NCBI GenBank assembly: GCA_021296135.1
Contig: JAGWAZ010000001.1
Span: forward strand, 1,908-65,907
DNA from: Chlorobiota bacterium
Lineage (GTDB): Bacteria; Bacteroidota; Ignavibacteria; OLB7
DNA length: 64,000 bases
Direction of reading: 5' to 3'
The notes beneath the pieces were generated by a model, which saw nothing but the letters and a program-made list of their open reading frames with translations, had not been told where the DNA came from and ran no database searches. Below are positions 58,061 through 64,000 of this stretch, piece by piece. A program made the translations under genes and the position numbers. Position 1 is the stretch's first letter; every line of letters begins with the position of its first letter.

Positions 58061-59014
58061 TTATCGATTAAGCAACACATAGTTGTGAAACCCACCAATC
58101 TGTCTCCCACCAAGCACCCCTTGTTCCAGGGCTGTCAGCAGCCTGTACTTCAACCGCTCATGTTTCTGTTTAGAACGATTTGTCTGTCTGTCCCGCTTTC
58201 CATAGTTCAACTCTCCTCCCCAATCAAAATCGGCGATCCGTTCGTTCATTACCCCAGGATGAGTCCCCTCAAACCGGGTTAAGAGCCCAAGTGGGCCGTA
58301 GTCAAACTGTTTCTCACGGTCGCGATAGAGTTCCTCGGCCTGTGCCTTCCCTTTGTGAATTGTATCGAGCGCACGGTTTTTATTCTGCATTGTGTACGGA
58401 GGACGGACCCAGCCGTAATGAAAGATCCGTGCATCGACTGAAGCAACACTGAGTTTGTACGTTCCCTCCTGTTGACGATAGTTACGCCCGTCAAAGCCAG
58501 GTATACGTCGGAACGACTGAGCCGATTCCCAAGAGTGAATATCAGGGTCGTTCCGCACAATCCGAATTTCGTGTGGATACCATCCGTGAGAGCGATGGTA
58601 ATGATAATAATCACCCCAGAAGTGTAGATATCTAAACAGAAGACCCTCTACCTCACGATCCTCCAGCAACTCTCTGCATCGTGATTCGATGATATGCACA
58701 TCATCTTCATGCACTACCTCATCAGCTTGCAGATAAAAGAGCCAATCACCACTACAGGCGGCTTTTGCTACATCGGTCTGATGGGCATTCTCAGTGCCAT
58801 TCGGGTAACGCTCAAGATCCCAAACAGTATTGATCACTCGGATTTTATTCGACCCGATGGCATCAATCTCCTCTTGCGTTCTGTCATCCAAATCACAATC
58901 TCCCAACGCAACCACAAACTCATCAACAATCGGAAGTATTGAACGGATAGACTGACCTATTGGATAATAGAGTTTTAAGGCGTTCCTCACCATTGTGAAG
59001 CCACTGATTTTCAT
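58061..59014 (-). CDS. Glycosyltransferase family 2-like protein
   Basis: N-terminal FTMVRNALK...VDEFVVALGDCD...WLFYLQADEV pattern is typical of the small GT2-like proteins annotated in Bacteroidota. Confidence 0.5.
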   Translation of the reverse strand: MKISGFTMVRNALKLYYPIGQSIRSILPIVDEFVVALGDCDLDDRTQEEIDAIGSNKIRVINTVWDLERYPNGTENAHQTDVAKAACSGDWLFYLQADEVVHEDDVHIIESRCRELLEDREVEGLLFRYLHFWGDYYHYHRSHGWYPHEIRIVRNDPDIHSWESAQSFRRIPGFDGRNYRQQEGTYKLSVASVDARIFHYGWVRPPYTMQNKNRALDTIHKGKAQAEELYRDREKQFDYGPLGLLTRFEGTHPGVMNERIADFDWGGELNYGKRDRQTNRSKQKHERLKYRLLTALEQGVLGGRQIGGFHNYVLLNR

Positions 59015-59074
59015 ACGCTCAGACTTGTTTCTGGTTTTGATATTGCTATCATGCTTCCTTCATCGTATGCGTGT

Positions 59075-59770
59075 TTAGAAGTAACGCTCAGTTATCATCC
59101 CGGCAGTAATTTTTCCAGAAAGGATAACCAGCGGGATCCCACCTCCAGGATGAACACTCCCTCCAACCATGTAGAAGTTCTCTAACTCCTTACGATGGTT
59201 TCCCTGACGGAAGAAAGCCGAGAGCATAGAACTTTCAGCCATCAGCTTTCGATCCCCGACTCTTAACCCTCGACTCATACTTTCAACTCTCAGTTATGAG
59301 CTTTCAGCTCTCGATCCCCGACTCTCGACCCTCGACTCATGTTTGACGAAGCCCCATAGATTGCTCCGTCGACGGCATGATAACGCTCTTGAAGTTCATA
59401 AAATGTTATCAACGATTGCGACAGGATGCAAGGTTGAACTCCAAACTGTGCGAGACGATCCCAGACTAACCTTGCCGATTCGCTTTTGTACTCTTCATTC
59501 TCGAAAAGATCGGCTCGCGATGGAGCATTCACCAGAAGGTACCAGTTCTTTTCCGGCTCCCTTGCAAGAGATTCATCGCTGTGCGATGAGATCGAACGAT
59601 AGATTATCATCTCTTGAGGTAAACCCGAGCTTACCGAGCATGGGCAAAAGCTTGGCATTGCGAAATGAGAATACCTGATGTACTCCCCGGAACGGACTGA
59701 ATAGGAAACAAAACACCCATCCCCTAACTTTCTACTTCCTATATTCTATTCCGTCAAACTCACTTTATCG
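59075..59770 (-). pseudogene. Remnant of a phytoene desaturase (CrtI)-family FAD oxidoreductase. Only the C-terminal ~200 aa survive. It carries a frameshift and is interrupted by a tandem CGACTC-family repeat. The N-terminal ~300 aa are absent.
   Basis: Segments ...NWYLLVNAPS...LITFYELQERYHAVDGAIYGASSNM | [repeat] | ...SSMLSAFFRQGNHRKELENFYMVGGSVHPGGGIPLVILSGKITAGMI align to the CrtI C-terminus (...YYVLAPVP...FRDQLNAYHGSAFSVEPVLTQSAWFRPHNRDKTITNLYLVGAGTHPGAGIPGVIGSAKATAGLM). The repeat replaces the region between them. oppB starts 100 bp beyond on the opposite strand. Confidence 0.55.
59238..59340. repeat. CGACTC-rich dispersed repeat, copy 3: two tandem ~59-bp units inside the crtI-like remnant
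   Basis: Sequence cagctttcgatccccgactcttaaccctcgactcatac ... cagctctcgatccccgactctcgaccctcgactcatg. Confidence 0.65.
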
Positions 59771-59872
59771 AGAAGGGGTCTTATGATACTTGCATAGAGA
59801 GCCATCCCCTCACTATCTTCGTTTTGTTCGGGGGAAAAGGAAGATACCCCGATTTGTTTTTGATCACGACCT

Positions 59873-60811
59873 ATGACCACATATATCATTCGGCAGAGCA
59901 TTTACGCGGTCTTTATTATTCTGGGAGTGCTGACTGTCACGTTTTGCATTATCCGGATACTCCCCGGTGATCCGACTCGACTTGCACAGGGACAGCGTGC
60001 GGACCTCCAGTCGATGGAAGCGCTTAAGAAGGAATGGAAGCTTGATAAGCCGATTTACGTTCAGTATGTATACTTCCTCTCGAATGCCATTCAAGGCGAT
60101 TTCGGTCGAAGCTACTCAACAAATCGTCCGGTTACAGAATCGATTCTCGAACGGATTCCACGAACTGCACTCCTGGCCGTCAGTGCAATGGTTCTTGCAA
60201 CGATCATCGGCGTCCTCATCGGTATTCTATCAGCCTGGAAACCCTATACGCTCTTCGACAACGCAGCAATGGTCTTTGCGTTGCTCGGCATTTCGGTCCC
60301 GGTCTTTGTGCTCGGCGCCCTCTTCGTTCTTTTCTTCACTGAAAAGATGCACTTGATTGGGGGGACGGGATATATCACCGAGTTAAACAGAGTACAACTC
60401 GATCGTTTGATTCTCCCGATGGCTGCTCTGGCTGCACGTCCCCTTTCCATCTTTGCCCGCATTACCCGGAGTTCCATGCTCGACACAATGAGCATGGACT
60501 ACATCCGAACGGCCCGTGCAAAAGGGGTCTCGGAGCAGAAGACGATTCTGACTCATGCACTTAGGAATGCCCTGAACCCTGTTGTTACAACGATATCGGC
60601 TTGGCTTGCAGCAACTCTTGCTGGCACATTCTTTATCGAACAGATTTTTAACTGGCCCGGTGTCGGGCTGTTGGCATTCAACGCAGTCACACAGTATGAC
60701 TTCCCTATAATCCAGGGAGTCGTCATCTTTACAGCAATCATTTTTGTCGTTGTCAACCTCATCGTCGACATCATATACTCGTTCCTCGATCCACGAGTTC
60801 GACTTGGATAA
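59873..60811 (+). CDS. oppB: Oligopeptide/dipeptide ABC transporter permease (OppB/DppB family)
   Basis: 312 aa. BPD_transp_1 EAA-like motif ...IRTARAKG.... Confidence 0.8.
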   Translation: MTTYIIRQSIYAVFIILGVLTVTFCIIRILPGDPTRLAQGQRADLQSMEALKKEWKLDKPIYVQYVYFLSNAIQGDFGRSYSTNRPVTESILERIPRTALLAVSAMVLATIIGVLIGILSAWKPYTLFDNAAMVFALLGISVPVFVLGALFVLFFTEKMHLIGGTGYITELNRVQLDRLILPMAALAARPLSIFARITRSSMLDTMSMDYIRTARAKGVSEQKTILTHALRNALNPVVTTISAWLAATLAGTFFIEQIFNWPGVGLLAFNAVTQYDFPIIQGVVIFTAIIFVVVNLIVDIIYSFLDPRVRLG

Positions 60812-60884
60812 ACAGTAAGACCGAAGATAGAGCGACTCGCAGTTCCAAACACCATGGTCAACAGCCTAGAAGAATCAACACCGC

Positions 60885-61958
60885 ATGTTCTCACGAACAA
60901 TACCGATGCCTGAGGCGGTTCCACAAAAACCAAGCCAATCTCTCCGGTGTCTTGCCTGGAAGAGATTGAAACGGAACAAGCTGGCAATGACCGGAATGTG
61001 GATCATCGTCGTGATGGCCCTTACTGCCATCTTCGCCGACATAATTGCGCCACACTCCCCCTACCGTCAGATTGTCGATTACTCGAATCAGAATGAAGGC
61101 TTTACCGGAAGTGTCCTTATTAAGCAATCGACCGGTGGCTATGATGAGGAATATATCCCGGTCAAATCGTGGTCTCTCTCAGGCGATACAGTTCACTACG
61201 TCGATTCGTTTAACCGTGAACAATCAATTGCTACAGCCGGTCTCGTCGGCGAAAATCAGGACGACTGGTATTGGAAGCCCTTATTTTTGCTTGGAACTGA
61301 CAAGTTTGGACGTGACCTGCTGACACGATTAATTTATGGCACACGAATTTCTCTTGGCATTGGTTTCCTTGCTGAATTAATTGCTCTTACGATCGGGGTT
61401 ACGTTCGGGGCGTTTGCCGGCTACTTTCGTGGTGGGATTGACTCGGCTATTATGTATGTAGCCAACGTCGTCTGGAGTTTTCCATACATTCTTCTGGTAA
61501 TTGCTCTCTCCCTTGCAATCGGTGTGGGTTTTGTTCCAACGTTTGTTGCCATCGGCGTTGCCTCCTGGGTAGATATGTGTCGTATTGTGCGGGGTCAGTT
61601 CTTCTCCCTACGTGAGACAGAATATGTCGAGGCAACTCGTGCACTCGGTTTCAAGGCAGGCCGAACGATTTTTCGTCATATCTTACCTAACTCACTCGGG
61701 CCGATAACGGTCATTGCAACGGCCGGCTTCGCAATGGCAATTATCGCCGAAGCATCCCTTGCTTATATTGGCATTGGCATACAAAAACCTCAACCAAGTT
61801 GGGGATCAATGATATTTGAGGGACGAATAAATGTTTCAGCCGGCATAAACATCGGGCAGATGATCTACCCTTGCATCTGCCTCGCTTTAGCGGTCTTTGG
61901 TTTCAACCTGTTTGGGGACGGATTGCGTGATGCTCTCGATCCCAAACTTCAGAAATAG
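60885..61958 (+). CDS. oppC: Oligopeptide/dipeptide ABC transporter permease (OppC/DppC family)
   Basis: 357-aa polytopic protein with OppC-like N-terminus ...LRCLAWKRLKRNKLAMTGMWIIVV.... Confidence 0.8.
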   Translation: MFSRTIPMPEAVPQKPSQSLRCLAWKRLKRNKLAMTGMWIIVVMALTAIFADIIAPHSPYRQIVDYSNQNEGFTGSVLIKQSTGGYDEEYIPVKSWSLSGDTVHYVDSFNREQSIATAGLVGENQDDWYWKPLFLLGTDKFGRDLLTRLIYGTRISLGIGFLAELIALTIGVTFGAFAGYFRGGIDSAIMYVANVVWSFPYILLVIALSLAIGVGFVPTFVAIGVASWVDMCRIVRGQFFSLRETEYVEATRALGFKAGRTIFRHILPNSLGPITVIATAGFAMAIIAEASLAYIGIGIQKPQPSWGSMIFEGRINVSAGINIGQMIYPCICLALAVFGFNLFGDGLRDALDPKLQK

Positions 61959-61995
61959 TCGATAGAACTCGGTACATCACGATACGTTAACGTAT

Positions 61996-63012
61996 ATGGC
62001 AAAGCTCCTTGAAGTCGATAACCTTCGAACCTATTTCCATACCGATGACGGAATAGCCCGCTCGGTTGATGGCGTACGATTCTCAGTTGATCGGGGTGAA
62101 ACCCTCGGTATTGTCGGTGAATCCGGATGTGGGAAATCCGTTACCGCTCTTTCAATCATGGGACTTGTCCCTAACCCACCCGGAAAAATCGAAGGGGGTG
62201 TAATTTTATTCGATGGAGAGAACCTCCTGGAGTTTACTGAACACCAGATGCGCCATGTACGTGGTAATGATATTTCGATGATCTTCCAGGAACCGATGAC
62301 ATCCCTGAACCCTGTCTTCACAATCGGGCATCAGATTGATGAGGCCGTTATCCTACACCAGAACGTCAGCAAGCATGAAGCTAAGAAACGTTCCATTGAT
62401 ATGCTCCATCTGGTTGGAATCCCTGCTCCCGAACAGCGGTACGGTGAATACCCCCATCAGCTCTCAGGTGGGATGCGCCAACGAGTAATGATTGCAATGG
62501 CCCTCTCCTGCAATCCTAAACTCCTTATTGCTGACGAACCGACAACAGCGCTCGATGTGACTGTCCAGGCTCAAATCTTGGAGCTTATAACAAAGCTCCA
62601 GGACGAAATGGGAATGGGTTTAATTATCATCACACATGATCTTGGGGTTATAGCTGAAGTCTGTGATCGCGTCGCAGTGATGTATGCCGGAAAGGTTGTC
62701 GAATATGCCAATGTCGATACCATTTTCCATCGTCCGCGCCATCCATACACAATTGGGTTGTTGAACTCCATTCCACGTTTAGGCGAAGTTGTTGAGGAGT
62801 TGGCAACGATTGAAGGGATCGTTCCCCCTCCAACTCAATGGCCTATCGGTTGCCATTTCTGTACTCGATGTCAATGGGCGGATGATCTTTGCTGGAACGA
62901 TGAGCCTCAACTCGTTGAGATTGAAACGGGTCACCAGGTTGCCTGCTGGTACATGGACAAGGTAATGGCTGAGGCAGCCCTTCCGACTGAGGACAAGGCT
63001 ACAGAAGAATAG
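61996..63012 (+). CDS. oppD: Oligopeptide/dipeptide ABC transporter ATP-binding protein (OppD/DppD)
   Basis: Walker A GESGCGKS, signature LSGGMRQR, Walker [14 protein letters not shown]-terminal oligopeptide-transporter extension. Confidence 0.85.
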   Translation: MAKLLEVDNLRTYFHTDDGIARSVDGVRFSVDRGETLGIVGESGCGKSVTALSIMGLVPNPPGKIEGGVILFDGENLLEFTEHQMRHVRGNDISMIFQEPMTSLNPVFTIGHQIDEAVILHQNVSKHEAKKRSIDMLHLVGIPAPEQRYGEYPHQLSGGMRQRVMIAMALSCNPKLLIADEPTTALDVTVQAQILELITKLQDEMGMGLIIITHDLGVIAEVCDRVAVMYAGKVVEYANVDTIFHRPRHPYTIGLLNSIPRLGEVVEELATIEGIVPPPTQWPIGCHFCTRCQWADDLCWNDEPQLVEIETGHQVACWYMDKVMAEAALPTEDKATEE

Positions 63013-63118
63013 AAGTTGCTATGATCTTCAATGCTGAACGACGTGGGGTATAAAATACGCCTGCCATGTAGTCGTTTTTGAAGAGACCTGTTTGTAGTAA
63101 TACAAAGTCTTCTCGAGC

Positions 63119-63850
63119 ATGATTGTACGACATTTTTTTTTCATAGTCTCTCTCTTACTTTCGGGTACTCTCCTTTATGGACAAGTACCCGGTGTACCTT
63201 CGACCGTCCCTGATTTACCGGAAGCAACCCCTGCAGACGACTCCCTCTATATTTTTACGCCGGCACGGCCGTTGATCAACACCGATGGTCTGCGGACTTC
63301 GCTGCCAAGTGCTTTTGGATTGAATGCCCTATTCAGCAACAGTGGCTACGGACTTGGAGTATTTTATGAACGGAAGTTCTCCCCATCCTTTTCAGGTTTT
63401 CTCGACATTGGAGTTACCGGTGCACGGAAAGGTGATGAATTCCAGGTCTTTAACAGAAATCCAAACAGCGTTCACTTCCAGACCTACTTTGTTCCGAACA
63501 AGGTGAACCGTATATGGCAGGCTCCCATTATGCTTGGAGTGAAGCAACACGTCTTCACACACGTTTTCTTCGACAATTTTCGGCCATTTGTGAATGGAGG
63601 TGCAGGTGGTTCGGTGATTCTGACAACCCCGTACGATCAGGAGTTCTTCGGTGCTTTCGGCGATGCCCAACTTCATGTAGCCCCGGGCGGATTTATTGGA
63701 ATCGGCACAGAGTTTACAGAAAAAAGCCCCGGTCCCTCCTTCAACGCTCGTTATTACTATCTACCGGTAAAGTCTGGCATTGAAAGTCTGGTTGATGAAC
63801 CAATTACCGACTTTGGCGGATTGTTTCTGACGGTGAACCTGCCGCTTTGA
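63119..63850 (+). CDS. Putative outer-membrane beta-barrel protein
   Basis: Signal peptide, alternating hydrophobic pattern, aromatic-rich C-terminus ending ...LFLTVNLPL. Confidence 0.45.
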   Translation: MIVRHFFFIVSLLLSGTLLYGQVPGVPSTVPDLPEATPADDSLYIFTPARPLINTDGLRTSLPSAFGLNALFSNSGYGLGVFYERKFSPSFSGFLDIGVTGARKGDEFQVFNRNPNSVHFQTYFVPNKVNRIWQAPIMLGVKQHVFTHVFFDNFRPFVNGGAGGSVILTTPYDQEFFGAFGDAQLHVAPGGFIGIGTEFTEKSPGPSFNARYYYLPVKSGIESLVDEPITDFGGLFLTVNLPL

Positions 63851-64000
63851 GCAAGATGTCCGCCACCACCTCCGTTAGCAATTCTTTTCTTTTTCGTAAT
63901 AATCGCAACGCTTTGAGTAAGGGAATAGAAGGTGAGTTCCGAATATTCTTTCTTCAAACCCTAACAGCCCGTTGAAAAAGTTGGGAAGTAAGGAAAGAAT

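Noticed and set aside
1-64000. CRISPR arrays, rRNA genes and intact IS/transposase genes
   Set aside because: No regularly spaced direct repeats with unique spacers were seen. The tandem repeats found are contiguous, degenerate and have no spacers. No 16S/23S-like sequence and no DDE/HUH/serine recombinase motifs were recognised in any ORF.

Overview
This 64 kb window looks like a chromosomal core region from an FCB-group bacterium (Bacteroidota/Ignavibacteriota-like). The phylum call is inference only, and rests on three T9SS-type C-terminal sorting domains, a DUF2851 gene, a long atpB N-terminal extension and atpD/atpC lying outside the F1Fo cluster. Most genes are housekeeping:
- translation and RNA: tRNA-Arg(ACG), rpsT, rpmF and yceD, truA, miaB, thrS, gatB/yqeY;
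- nucleotides and cofactors: rel/spoT, pyrF, purL, coaE, erpA, a PABA/folate cluster (pabA, pabB, pabC-like, 5-formyl-THF cyclo-ligase);
- envelope and transport: bamD, mlaEFD, oppBCD, a PpiD/SurA-like chaperone;
- other: accC, mutS2, an OmpR/histidine-kinase pair, and an F1Fo ATP synthase cluster (atpZ/I-B-E-F-H-A-G).

The accessory content is where the interest lies:
1. A low-GC two-gene Type II restriction-modification island sits between accC and purL. It carries an SPPY beta-class N4-cytosine-type methyltransferase and a small BglII/BamHI-like endonuclease candidate.
2. A dispersed CGACTC-rich repeat family occurs in one orientation at four loci. Three of the four copies sit exactly at truncated genes: a trmH N-terminal stub, a crtI-like oxidoreductase remnant with the repeat inside it, and an orphan T9SS C-terminal domain.
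3. The atp operon is interrupted between atpB and atpE by a ~2 kb insert. The insert carries an orphan LivJ-like binding protein and a degraded ORF with in-frame stops.
4. A purine-rich GGAAGTAGAAGTTAG-type motif family, including a 7x heptamer tandem upstream of atpB, recurs in several operon upstream regions.
5. Two large T9SS cargo proteins are present: a 1461-aa S8 subtilase and an unassigned HExxH metallopeptidase that is co-operonic with an orphan ABC ATPase.

No CRISPR array, rRNA gene or intact transposase was seen. Every homology call was made by eye from motifs; none was searched.
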